Numbered from the stretch's first letter, positions 1 through 13,246 are shown. The stretch: DNA of 64,000 nt from Octopus sinensis (GCF_006345805.1 NC_043012.1:5952001-6016000), one strand, 5' to 3'. Notes: generated by a model not told the origin, from the sequence alone. Program-made: numbers and translations.

Positions 1-116
1 TATTTGTTTATGCGTACACTTCTGTGTGTGTCTTCGTGCGAATGCTCGTGTAGTCTACTGTGTATATATGTATGTATGTGTATATAATTATTGAATGGCA
101 CTTCTACATGCAAGAT

Positions 117-171
<55 letters not shown>

Positions 172-419
172 TGTATGAATACAATCACAGGTTAACACAT
201 ACTCATGGGTTATATATATATATTACACATACTCATGGGTAATATATATATATATGCGCACATGTGTGTTTGTTTGCACCCTGTAACAAGTCCATTAATT
301 TTATTTATGCAGTTTATATAAAACATTGTTTATGGAGGTATGGATACGCTTAACGAAAACGATATAAAACATGTGTATATTTATATCAATATATAAAAGA
401 TCAAAGGATTGATAATTAA

Positions 420-1210
420 TTGTGTGTGTATGTATGTTTAAGATAAGCGGAAACGATAAAAGATGAAAGTTTCCGGATGTTGCAGAGGCGGTTTGGGTAT
501 GCGTTTTAAGTACAATGGTACATAATTGTTTGAGGTCGTATTAATACTTTGTTTCCGAAAAAAAAAAGGAGAAAAAAAGTGGGTAAATTATATAAATGAA
601 GGCAGAAAGGGGATTAAGTAAAAGCGTTAAACTTATTAACAAATTAGTACTGACACTTCCTCTGGCCGTTCTATATTTATACACGTACATTAGCCCATCC
701 GCATACATAAATTGATTGTTATATAATGTGTGTCTGTGCATTTGTATATGGAATAACGAGCATAAATGCGTATGTAGAACTGTGGCTATATATGTGTATA
801 TATGTGTGCGTGCCTGTATAACACGCACACATTAACACAAATAAATATTGTTTGTATGCATAAAGCAAGCGCTCGTGCACACACATACACTCGTGCGCGC
901 ACGTGTCTGCAATCATACACCGGAAGTCGTTGTTGATATCGATTTCTTTTTGAAAGATAAGAAATAACTATTTCTTGAAGACTTAATTTCTTTAATTAAC
1001 ATTTCTAGCAGGAACTATTCTTTTGATCAATATCGGTCGTTTGTGTGTTTGCCTCTCTATTCGCTCTTGAATGAGTATCTAAGGTGTTTGCGTGTAAAGT
1101 TCCCGCTGGATGATCGCCCTGGCGTGAAACTGAAGTCGCGAGAAAAGAATTTAGTTGAACGTTTATGTTTACAGACGAAGAAAAAGTACTCAATACATTG
1201 TTTAGATATT
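420..1210. promoter_or_regulatory. Possible promoter / first-exon region
   Basis: Non-repetitive and CpG-richer than its surroundings; ETS-type CCGGAAGT at 920-927. Confidence 0.25.
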
Positions 1211-1519
1211 TTATTAGAAACTGAACCTTCTTGAACTGTTATTCTGGATTTCACTTTGTCGGTCAGCCAAATATGTGTTAAGGTTGGGTAATGCTCTCTC
1301 ATCACCAAAAATAGAAAAGGACAAAAACATGATGCTATTTGAAAATACCCGACACACGTACACAAAAGAACCCTTCTCCTGTCGTAGATTATATTTCTTC
1401 ATATTTTTAGAATTGCGAGTGACCTTTGTAGTATGGCCATTTTTTAAAAATTTATTGAATTGAAAGAAAAATAAAACGCAATACATAAAATGAAACGAAA
1501 ACGCACACATTTTTAATGA

Positions 1520-2180
1520 TTCTTTCTAGAATAGGCACACAGCCTGAAATTTCGCGGGAGGCGGCTAGTTGATTAAATCGACCTCACGGCTCAACGGGTA
1601 CTTATTTTATTGACTCTGAAAGGAGAAAAGACAGCCGATCGCGGCAGAATTTGAATTCAGGACCTAAAGACAAACGAAATGTTGCTTAAGTATTTTGTCC
1701 GGCGTGCTAACGTTTCTAACAGTATTAATGATTTCTGCTGTCGGCACAAGGCCTGAAATTCTTTTTTGGGGGTTAAGTCGATTACATCGACCCCAGTGCT
1801 CGACCGGTACTTAATTTATCAACCCCGAAAGGATGAAAGGCAAAGTCGACCTCGGCGGAATTTGAACTCAGGACCTAGCAGCAGATGAAATACCGCTAAG
1901 CATTTTGCCTGGCATACTAACTGTTCTGCCAGCTCGCTCCCATTTCGTTCTCCCAGTAACAATGAATTTAAATTTTTGACACAGAGTCAGGAATTTTGGG
2001 GAGGGGGTAAATTGATTACATTTGGCTCCAGTCCTCAACTGGTGGTTGTTTTATCACTATGATAGGATAAAAAAACAAAATTGACCTCGGCGGTATTTGA
2101 ACTTAGAAAGTAAAAACGGATGAAATGCCGCCAATCATTTTGTCTGGCGTGCTAACGACTCTGCCAATTTGCCATTTTGG
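1520..2180 (-). mobile_element. Three tandem copies of SINE family A
   Basis: Repeated core (minus) gagttcaaattccgccgaggtcgactttgcctttcatcctttcggggtcgataaattaagtacc with a GGCGAGCTGGCAGAA tRNA-like head. Confidence 0.8.
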
Positions 2181-3469
2181 TACTTCCAGTAATAATGTAA
2201 TACAAAACTGTTGCCTCAACTTATTGTCCATTTTGTAAATTTTTGCTTAGAGAAACAGTTTTAATTATCCTGTGCTTTTTACTCGTTCGCAGTGCTGTCA
2301 TAATATTTTAGGCTGGATGAGTTCAAATCCGCGGAGGTTGACTTTGCCTTTCATCCTTTCAGGGTCGATAAATTAAATACCAGTTGCGTAGTGTGTTCGA
2401 TCTAATCGACTGGCCCCTTCCCTAAATTTCGGGCCTTGTGCCTAGAGTAGAAAAGAATATTTTAGGCTGGAAAACCAGACAATAAATGAACTGTGTTTAC
2501 AATGAAGTCCTCGCTACAAGTTGCTGTTGATGTTTCACCCCAAATCAAAGGCATTCCAACCATCCATGACTACACTGTACACCATGCCCTTATTTGGATG
2601 TCTTCGTGGTTAGGATTCGATTCCCAGCGGTACGTTGTGTCCTTGAGCAAGAGGTTATATTTCACATTGCTGCAGTCCTCTCAGCTGGCAAAAATGAATT
2701 GTTCCTGTAATTCAAAGGGCCAGCCTTGTCACACTGTGTGTCACGCTGAATCTCCCTGAGTACTACATTAAGGGTACACGTGTCTGTGGAGTGTTTAGCC
2801 ACTTGCATATTCGTTTTACAAGCAGACTGTTCCGTTGATGGAATCAATGGGGGACACTCGTTATCGTAACCGATGGAGTACCAGTTTTTAAAAAAATATT
2901 ATTTTTGTCTATGACATTAGGTGGAGCTACTTGATCTGATTAATTACAAGTTGAGTCTTTTTTTTTTTAAAGTAAATAAGCTATTGGTTGAAATGTGGCG
3001 TAAACGACCGGAAACACTTGAGTCAGAGGTCAATCGAGTGGTAGATGATGAAGTGCAATGATTATGGAGATGCACTTTGCCTAGTGAGAATTCATTGTGC
3101 AGTCAGTTCTTGTATAACCACTAAAAGTACTGTAGGCGACTTGCATCAGTAAAGTATTACCCCCCCCCATATCCTTTAAATCATATAAATTATCCTTTAC
3201 CGTAAACGTTTACTGTAAATCTTTTCTTGTCTCAGTATTCATGGCAGGAAAACTGCTGTTCTGATGACGTCTAGTGGGGGTAGAAACAAATACCTACGGT
3301 TGTCCTCTTCTCATTTGGAATTTAGTCGCAATTTTCACAAGCTATATGTTTTTTTCTTTCTCTAAGAAGGAAGATAAATTAAGTAAATCAAGAATTTATA
3401 TTGTATATTTGGTAATCCTGTATTTAACCCACTGGTCACTCGAGTCATTCCCCATAGCTCTTTTTTGTT

Positions 3470-3527
<58 letters not shown>

Positions 3528-3559
3528 ATATATATATAATATATATATATACACTCTTT

Positions 3560-3905
3560 TACTTGTTTCAGTCATTTGACTGTGGTCATGCTGGAGCACC
3601 GCCTTTAGTTGAGCAAATCGATCCCAGGACTTATTCTATCGGTCTCTTTTGCCGAACCGCTAAGTTACGGGAACGTAAATATACCAGCATCGGTTGTCAA
3701 GTGATGTTGGGGGGTGGGGACAAACACAGACACACACTACACATACATATATACATACGACAGGCTTCTTTCAGTTTCCATTTACCAAATCCACTCACAA
3801 GGCTTTGGTCGGACCGAGGCTATAGTAGAAGACACTTACCCAAGGTGCCACGCAGTGGGACTGAACCATGAACGATGTGGTTCGTAAGCAAGCTACTTAC
3901 CACAC
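3560..3905 (-). mobile_element. SINE family B
   Basis: Reverse-complement match to 17277-17665. Confidence 0.85.
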
Positions 3906-3914
3906 AACCAGATA

Positions 3915-4083
3915 GATCGATCGTTAGCCACTACACACATTTTTTCTCTCTTTGTTTTTTTTTATGTAGAAGAGCGTAGGCTCGAAACGTAAAAGACTTT
4001 TTCTATTCCTGAACGTTATATTAATACATCTGTTGGTTTTGTACACCACCTGTCTTCGTCTTTTGCTTTTTTTCGTAAACTCC

Positions 4084-4090
<7 letters not shown>
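3915..4090 (+). mobile_element. Short Penelope-like tail repeat next to (TA)n
   Basis: tgtagaAGAGCgtagGCTCGAAACGTAaaagac motif. Confidence 0.45.
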
Positions 4091-4124
<34 letters not shown>

Positions 4125-4499
4125 TATATTCATCTTTGAATATATTTTATCACATCCCTCTCTGTAAGGTGGAGTGACTGCTGCTGCGAGTGTTACTGGC
4201 CATTCTCCGCAGCAGCTCCATCGCAGTCATTACCACACTAGGCACCGTTTGTTTCAGAGTGGGGGACACCCCCAATCTTCTGTTGCTCCCTACATCAGAT
4301 ATTTTTTCATTTTCTTCCAACCACAAATTTTAATTTGAAGATTTTCAAAAAATGTACTTTTGCATACTGAGGACAAATATCACAGTTATTATTTTGGAAA
4401 TGTTATAAAAAAAAAAAAAAAAAAAGTTACAGGCATTGAAATTTACGTATTTTTAGCCAATGAATTTCAAGCCAGTATCCTCACAGTCGAAACTATTGT

Positions 4500-5095
4500 C
4501 ATGGTAACTCCTGTGTATCGTTTATTCATACAGCTGTGGGTGAAAGAATTTGACGGGAACTAGGTTTTGTGAGGAGAGATTGGTAGCACTATCGCAGTAG
4601 ACTGTAAACATTATTCACTGGAGACCTCCGCTGAAGATTTGCTCTGCAATCCAATGAAGATTGATGGTGGTCCTGGCAGAATTGGTGAAATAGTCGGAAC
4701 TGTATTTTTGAGAAGAAAATACAACCGGGGGTTCGAATGTTAACCGAATAGTGGGGTTTCGGCGGTATGTGTCGCGAGACTCGAGAAGTTCTTTTCACCG
4801 CGCCCTCTCGATATCATGATGCACTCGCAAATTGCATTCGACAATCAATTTTGTCGAGAACGACTATTTACAGTGACTCGTGGCACACGTACTCGCATAT
4901 TCCTGAGTTACTAGGGTACCAATTTCACCACAGAACGGTGAAACACAGCGTTGAGTTTGTAAACTCGAAAAACAGCCCTTTGGCACGATGATCATTCTAC
5001 AATGGACTCGTATCTCTGCTAGTTTATGTGGCGCCGCCGTTATGAAAAACAAGGCTTCTTTCAAAAGTTAATGCTGTGTATATCTCAATTGCTTT
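4500..5095 (+). pseudogene. Decayed Merlin-superfamily (IS1595/IS1016-like DDE) transposase
   Basis: Stitched frames read EDLLCNPMKIDGGPGRIGEI..RRKYNRG / *WGFGGMCRETREV..ILSRTTIYSDSWHTY..LGYQFHHRTVKHSVEFV / MDSYLC*FMWRRR. These match the Merlin pattern GGPG.IVEIDE, RKYNRG, WVFGG, TIYSD.W, HSVNFV, YL.EFMWR, with stops and frameshifts. Confidence 0.85.
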
Positions 5096-6059
5096 AATTT
5101 CATAACATTCCGTTACATTGCTTTATTTCATCATTGTCTTCTTTCATTGACGATTCCACGTGTTTTCGATTCATTTCGGCATTTTCCAGGTCGAAAATAT
5201 GATTTCATTTTCTTGGAATTGTTTTCTTTTTTTTCTTTTTAATTTTTTTACGGTTCCCTTTGATTGCATTTTCAACTCTAGATTGTTGCCATGGCAACTA
5301 TGGCTGGAAAGTTTTGACTTTCGCTTGTGAGGACATGGACTCATTTCATTGGCCAAAAATATATAACTTTAGGTGTTTCCATCTTGTTAATCATTACTTT
5401 TTCGGAAAAATTAATGCGATATTCTTCACCGTCAAGCAAAACTACATCTATGTGGAAAATCTGAAAGCAATCCATTGAGAATTGAAAAATCTTCAAGTGG
5501 TTGGAAGAAAACGAAAAAAAGACCCCCCCTTTTTTTTAAATCTTTTTTTTTTTATCTTTGTGTCTTTGAATTTAAATGTTATAGTTTAAAATGTGATCTG
5601 TAGTTAATTGACTGTAGAATTTGAGCAATTTTATCACTTTCAACTTCACCTTAAGTGTTGTTTGCTAAATTGCGAATCTCTCTCTGTGTAGTTGCTATTT
5701 CCAAAAGTGGAACAAGGAACATTGCTAGTAAAAACCATGCTATGGCGAAACGAGTAGTTATCCAGTTAATGATCAAAATATTATAGACTTGGCAATATTG
5801 AAATTTAGTTGTGTTTTATTTAATATAGCTCACTGATAGTTGCTATTTAGCTATTGCTTTTATTTGGATTAGATCGGAGAGATAGCGACAGTTTATGGTA
5901 TATAAATACAGGAAAGAAAATGGAGAATTAAGATAATAATAATTATTTATTATTTAAAAAATTGGTAATCTTTACTTCTTACAGCCGTTTCCATTAATGC
6001 AGCCATCCCTTTACGAGGTTAACTTATCCTCTAAGCATCTTATCACATATATATGTGTG

Positions 6060-6400
6060 TGTAATAGCTTGGCTAAGTTGCTTGCTTAACAACCACATGG
6101 TTCCGGGTTCAGTCCCACTGCATGGCACCCTGGTCAAGTGTCTTCTACTATAGCCTCGGGCCGACCAAAGCCATGTGAGTGGATTTGGTAGACTGAAAGA
6201 AGCCCGTTGTATATATGTATATATATATATATGTCTTTGTGTGTCTGTTTGTCCACCCAACATCGCTTGAGCGGTTCGGCAAAGGAGACCGATAGAATAA
6301 GTACTAGGCTTACAAATAAAATGTCCTGGGTTCGATTTGCTCGACTAAATGCGGTGCTCCAGCATGGCCGCAGTCAAATGATTGAAACAAGTAAAAGAGT
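6060..6400 (+). mobile_element. SINE family B
   Basis: Match to 17277-17665. Confidence 0.85.
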
Positions 6401-8449
6401 ATATATATATATATATAATATGTGTGTGTGTGTGTGTGTGTGTGTATGCATGCCGCCTGCCGGTGTGTGTTGTGAAGAAACAGAGTGGAGAGAAAGAGAG
6501 AGGGGAGTGAGGTCCTGCCATTCAGTAGCTCAGCTAGCTTGAAGTAACACAGATAGGCACGGGAGGCACGTTCAGTAGCGAACAATCCTACCAGTGTTTG
6601 CTAGAGACTAGATAAAAGTAGCAACTAGTGTTTTAGACTAAAAGTAGGACATATAGGGATGAATGTGTGGAACGAACAAGAAGATAAAGAAGCAGTAAAT
6701 CTATCCCGTGTCTACTAAATAAATATATATATATCTTGCTTTTCTGCTATGTATTATTATTATTATTATTATTAACAGCATCAAAAGAAGTCAGCCAGTC
6801 AGTTTGTATACGTGGTGTGTGTGTCTCACTTTTCGCCCTCTCAGTCCCTCTCTTTGTCTGTCATTCAGTTAAACTTTATTTTCGCTCAGTTTCGAATTTT
6901 CACACATTCCTTGTAGCACGGTTTCTAGATGTTCCTTATTTGTACTTCTCACTAAATCATCTCAACCGAGGTCTGTTTTCCAACCATTCACAATTTAACC
7001 AATTTATTTATCCACCTATCTCCTCCATTACATATTTATTTAAAAAAAACAACAAAACACTTTTTATCTGTCTTCCTTTCTTAGCTATTAATACTTTTGG
7101 TTCTGTTCTTGGTTCAAATCTGATAAAACCTTTTATCTTTTACTTGTTTCTGCCAATAGTTGGTAGTAGGGGTGGGGGAGAGTTGGTAGAAGCTATGACA
7201 AAAGTCTTGCGCTATTTAATTACATGCTTTAAAGGGTTTTAATCGAACGAATAGACCTGAACTATTTTTTTAAAGCCTGTACTTATTCTATCGATCCCTT
7301 TTGTCGAGCCGCTAGATAGCTGGGATGTAAACAAACCAAGAGATGGTGGTCAGAACAAACACGAAGACACATTCATGACAGGCTTCTACACAGTTTTCAC
7401 CTGCCATATTCACTCACAGGGTGCTGGTCGGCTTGGGGCTATACTAGAAAACATGCCGAAGGTGTCAAGCAGTGGGACTGAACTCGAAGCCACGTGGTTG
7501 CAAGGTGTGCTTCCTAACTACACAGACATGTCTGCGTTCACGTTCTTATATTATACATACACTTTCCTCTTCTCACTCGAGCTGATGTGAGTAGGAATGA
7601 TAGGCAATTAAATAAGTGCTCTTAGTACTCAGAATTCAAGCAGTCTTTCAGTTTAGATTCGTTCTTACCCAGAGAGAGGTCAGATTGCTAATTTTTATTG
7701 TTAGCAAGAGGAAATGGAGTAATAGCCATAACGTCTGCAGTCTCTTCCAGTCTAGCAATGAACGACTGAAATATCTTATGCCCAACTTGAATATCTTCAG
7801 TGAGTGGACTGAATACTTAGAATATAAACAGGGTCTTTTTCTTTTTGGTCCAACTAAATGCAATTGTTTCTTGAAATTTTCTCCTTTTACCAATGGACCC
7901 CTTGGATTTCTGGTGACCGGTAATAAAATCACAATTTTGGCTTGGAAAAAAAAGTCACAAACTAATTTATGGTGGCTGGTAATAAAGTCACAGGAAAAAC
8001 ATCACAATTTATGGGACCCTGACAAAATTCCTCCCCAGACAAAACCCCTGTGACTTTTTTTTTACACCTGGATTCGGATTTCTATCTTACTTATGGACCC
8101 TCATAGCCATTTTGATGTTTAAAAAAATCCTATTATATTTTCAGAATTATTATAGGAGTTGTATAAAAGTAATTGTTAAACTGTTTTCTGTGTTGTAGAA
8201 ACATAACCAGTTTATTGTACATAACTATTAACTACAGAATCTTACATGGTCCCTGGTTGCAAACCACTGCTATAAGGGGACTAAGAGCACACAATCACCT
8301 GGTGGTGGGGGTGATGTACCCAGCAGCATATTAGATCTACCAGACTAATGTTGTTGTTGTTGTAGTTGTCATCTTCATTTCTAAAACTGGAACAAATGCC
8401 TGCCACTAGACATTTTGATGTGTTATTCTGCTAAGATCGCTGCCGTTAA

Positions 8450-9105
8450 TCATCATTATCATCATTTAATGTCCATTGTCCATTCTGGCATGGGTTGGAC
8501 GGTTTGACCAGGCTGGCATGCTAGAAGGCTGCACCAGACTCCATTCGGATTGTGCATGGTTTTCTACAGCTGGATGCCCTTCCTAACGCCAACCACTCCT
8601 GGAGTGTAATGGATACTTTTACGTGCCATTTGTGAGACACTGGGGTGCTTTTATGTGTCACCGGCACGGGTGCCAATTTGCGATGACTGATTTTGCTTGG
8701 CTTGATGGGTCTTCTCAAGCACAACATAATCCCAAAGGTCTTGGTCATTGCCTCCGTGAGGCCCAATGCTCAAGTGGCTCAATGTTCAGTGTTTTTTACA
8801 TGCCACCAGCGCGGGTGCACTTGGCTTGACAGGTCTTCAAGCACAGCACATTGCCAAAGGTCTCGGTCACTCGTCATTGTCTCGAAGGTCGTGCTTTACC
8901 ATCTTGTTGCATGTCTTCCTGGGCCTACCTCTACCACAGGTTCCCTCCACAGTTAGAGATCAGCACTTTTACACAGTTGTCCTCATCCAAATACATCGCA
9001 TGACCATACCAGTGCAGTCGTGTCTCTTGCACACCACATCTGATGCCTCTTGTGCCCAGTTTTTCTCTCAAGATGTTTACACTCCGTTGACCATGTGCAC
9101 TGACA
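8450..9105 (-). mobile_element. RTE-clade LINE 3' fragment (RT C-terminus + 3' UTR)
   Basis: Minus frame LREKLGTRGIRCGVQETRLHWYGHA..DEDNCVK, followed by GRPRKT-like sequence, then the GTTAGGAAGGGCATCCAGCTGTAGAAA tail and (GAT)n end. Confidence 0.8.
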
Positions 9106-9109
9106 AAGC

Positions 9110-9545
9110 ACAAGGTCTGGAATTTAGGGAAAGGGGTTTGGGTTAGTCGATTAGATTGAGCTCAGTACTTGATTGGTTATTTATTTTTATCAACCCTGGA
9201 TGGATGAAAGATAAAGTTGAATTCTGTGGGATTTGAACTCAGAATGTAAAGGACTGGAACAAATACTACGGAAAACGTTTCCAAAGCTTTAACAATTCTG
9301 CCAGCTCAGTGCCTAAATAATCCTTTCTTTTATAGTCACAAGGCCTGAAATTTGGTGGGAGGGAGCTAGTTGATTACATTGATCCCAGTGTTCAACTGGT
9401 ACCTATTTTCATTGACCCTGAAAGGATAGAAGGCAATATCGACCTAGGCAGAATTTGAACTCAGAATGTAAGGACAGATGAAATACTGCTAAGCATTTTA
9501 CCTGGCATGCTAATGATTCTGCCAGCTCGCTGCCTTTCAGTTGCC
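9110..9545 (-). mobile_element. Two tandem SINE family A copies
   Basis: Same core as 1520-2180. Confidence 0.8.
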
Positions 9546-9794
9546 TTACTAATGATAATAATAATCCTTTTTACTATTGACACCAGGCCTGAAATTTAGT
9601 GTCGGTGCTGGTGCACTGGAGTTGATGAAATCAACTCCAGTGCACCAGCACCGACAGGGTCACCAAGTACCTTACAAAACAAAAAAAAACAACCCCTCAA
9701 CTGGGGAGAATAGTATTGAGGGGTTGTGGCTTTGTACCAGTTCAGATGTTTTAGATAACGGACAGACATAGGTGTCTTGCTGTTGAGTAGATAC

Positions 9795-9842
9795 ATGGAT
9801 ACTCCTGTTCCAGTTGTGACCATGACATCTTTTCCCGTGCAT
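9795..9842 (+). CDS. Candidate start-codon exon of the PDZ gene (MDTPVPVVTMTSFPVH)
   Basis: ATG at 9795 with an in-frame upstream stop; donor cat|gtaaga is phase 0, matching the 29301 acceptor; acceptors at 9740/9745. Sequence signals only. Confidence 0.35.
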
Positions 9843-11289
9843 GTAAGATATTATTTGATGCATAAACTGGCCAACTCCTTACATCATTGACCCCTACTTC
9901 TTAGAACTGTTGATAACTTATCACCTCCCCTGCACAATCATCTAAATTTTTAAAAATAAAATTAAGTATAATTGATAGACTACTCTGTCATATGTAACGT
10001 TTATTTATTCACATTGTTTTTAGTTTATTAAGCGTTATCTTGTTGCTTCAAGATTGTGATGGTGTGATTGTTTATTTTTTTTGAATGGCATTGTAGTGTT
10101 GGTGTGAAAGGTCAGATCTGATCGGTTTGAGCATAACACAAGTAGAATATTTGGGCCAGATATAGCTGGCTGGAGGGTTAAAGACAATAATACATTTGTT
10201 CTTTTGTGTCGTTACTGCTTTTTAATGAGAAATATTTAAAGAAATTTAATGAAAATACTTATTGAAATTGGTAAAGAACAATAAAATTCCAGTCATATTA
10301 TATCGATACAGTTGAATCTTCAATGTTTAGCCACCCCTTAAATAGCTACACAGACATCTTGGGGTCAATATTGATCACTTTGCTGATCCTTGATTTAGTG
10401 TATCCTTTTTTGTTTAAGGCAGTAAGGATGTGATTTGAAGGAGTTTTGAGGAAACTTTTGGCTGCTGTTTTTATGATACAATGACTGTGGTTTTCTCATA
10501 GGCAGGTCAACCAGCTAAATTGCTAACACTAGAAGTAGTAACTGTTAAGAACTGTAGTTTGCCAATAATTGACATCTGAGAGTCATACTGTTTAAAAGTG
10601 GTGATGGTGGTGGTTGTGACTGAGGTGGGTGGGGGTCAGAGTTTTTAACATTTTTTTTATAGAACCTGCAAGTGTATCAGGGTAAGGTTTTTGAGTAGAT
10701 AGAGTTATGTACTTGGCATGTTTTACACAAGAGCAAAGAAAACAGAAACAACATTAAGTCATTTGGCTTGAAGAGTTAAGAACGTGGAGAGGCGAAGGAA
10801 AGTGGTGGGGGTGGAGGAAGAATGAAACTGGGGCAGGGGAATTGAAAAGTGATTCAATGACAGCGCCTCCCCCCCATCCAATGCCACCACCATCACTACA
10901 ACCACTAAACCAGATTAGCTCTGATTAGCCAGAGACTGTGTTTTTTGTCATTGTGAATAGTTATGATCATGCTAGAATTGGTTGGCTACTGGTGTGAAGG
11001 TGCGTTGCCTAGTGGTTAGGTATGTTGCACTCACATTCATGAGATCGTGGTTTCACTTCTTAGACCAGTTGTGGATTGTGTTCTTGAGCAGAACACTTCA
11101 TTTCATGTTGCTCCACTCCACTCGGCTGTAAAAGGGTCACCCTGTGGATGGACTAAGCTTCTGATCAAGGGGGGAATGTTGGCCTGTTTGCTTAGCCAGT
11201 GGGGTGACATCATTCAATAGCTAAAACAATAGAAAGCACATTGTGACCAGAATTGTGTAACATCTGATATATATATATATATATATATA

Positions 11290-11500
11290 TAAAGTTAATC
11301 CAAACAAGAAAGCACAAAAAAAACACAACAACGCAAGGACGTGGAACAAATATAGTATTATTGGATGCTCAGGAAAGAAGGGAAGAAGGAGGGTTTAACG
11401 CTTCGAGCAGAGCTCTTCGTCGGAAACATAGAAGAAGGAAAGATCCAGAGAAGGGAAGACAGAGGAACAAAAATCGCCAACGGTACACATGAGGTCACAT
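11290..11500 (-). mobile_element. Short Penelope-like tail repeat next to (TA)n
   Basis: Minus strand ccgacgaAGAGCtctGCTCGAAgCGTT motif. Confidence 0.45.
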
Positions 11501-11529
11501 TTTGAAAGTATATAAGTATATATATATTG

Positions 11530-11897
11530 TTTCAGCCATTTGTCTGCAGCCATGGCTTGGGCTCTACCTTGAAGAGTTTAGTCGAATGAATCAACCCAGG
11601 ACTTATTTTTTAAGCCTAGCACTTATTCTGTTGGTCTCTCTTGCTGAACCGCTAAGTTATGGGGACGTAAACATACCAGTACCAGTTGTCAAGTGATGGG
11701 GGACAAATACAAACACAAAGATGCACACATATATATTTATATATTTACGCATGACGGGTTTCTTTCAGTTTCCCTCTACCAAATCCACTCACAAGGCTTT
11801 GGTTGGCCCTAGGCTACAGTAGAAAACACTAGCCCAAGGTGCCATGCAGTGGGACTGAACCTGGAACCATGTGGTGGGGAAGCAAGCTTCTTACCAC
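11530..11897 (-). mobile_element. SINE family B
   Basis: Reverse-complement match to 17277-17665. Confidence 0.8.
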
Positions 11898-11907
11898 TAT
11901 CTATCTA

Positions 11908-11956
<49 letters not shown>

Positions 11957-11990
11957 GAGCTATATATATATATATATATACTGTAGTGAG

Positions 11991-12040
<50 letters not shown>

Positions 12041-12058
12041 CTGTAGTGAGCTATATAT

Positions 12059-12092
<34 letters not shown>

Positions 12093-12797
12093 GGGAGATA
12101 AATAAATATATGCATACATACAAACATATATGTACGTACCTACATCTATCTACATGATATATACATGCATATATAAATAATTATACGGAAGTACAGGAAT
12201 CACAATAAGACGTAGAAAAAGAAAAAACAAAAAACAAGAAAACGGAAAACGAAAACCAAATACAGGACAGGTTACACAAGGACAAAACCCCCGTCATCAG
12301 CTGTCGCTAGAGGAGTCAGGCATGTTTCGAAGGCATAACAGAACACTAATCCATGAGGCCTTCCTGCGAGAGAATTAAAATAAAATTTCAAGCAGCGGGG
12401 CACAATGAGTACGAACACAACAAGACGTACGTACAATAAGACTGCAAAATTAAAATACATGTACAAAAACAAACACAAGAGGACGAACGAAAAAGCCTTT
12501 TTTCTGGCATGACAAAACAATAAAACTGCAAAAATAAAAATACATGTACAAAAAAGTACAATTAGTTACAAAACGAGAAAATAACAAAATACTATACAGG
12601 AATTAACCACACAAGGGGACGACGAAGAAGCCTTTTTGCTGGCAAGGACGAAAGTGTAGTAGCAGCGCGTGGAGGCAGTCTTTTCAATAGTGGTAACCAC
12701 GTGTAAAGGAATTTTGTTTTATAGGCAAGGAAGAGGGAAGGAGAGGGGGACACGCGGCGAAGAGAGAGAGGAGGGGGAGGGAGAAAGATTGAAGAGG

Positions 12798-12841
<44 letters not shown>

Positions 12842-12847
12842 GAGCTA

Positions 12848-12889
<42 letters not shown>

Positions 12890-12901
12890 GAGCTATATAT
12901 A

Positions 12902-12941
<40 letters not shown>

Positions 12942-12963
12942 CACTGTAGTGAGCTATATATAT

Positions 12964-13006
<43 letters not shown>

Positions 13007-13072
13007 TACTGTAGTGAGCTATATATATATATATATATATAATATATATATATATTATATACTGTAGTGAGC

Positions 13073-13114
<42 letters not shown>

Positions 13115-13118
13115 GAGC

Positions 13119-13154
<36 letters not shown>

Positions 13155-13165
13155 ACTGTAGTGAG

Positions 13166-13246
<81 letters not shown>

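Noticed and set aside
2993-3061. Short ORF MWRKRPETLESEVNRVVDDEVQ*
   Set aside because: It ends in a stop with no usable donor, and no family is recognised.
6736-7242. 168-aa hydrophobic plus-strand ORF
   Set aside because: T-rich composition explains the hydrophobicity; no recognisable motif. It may be UTR or promoter sequence, but this is unsupported.
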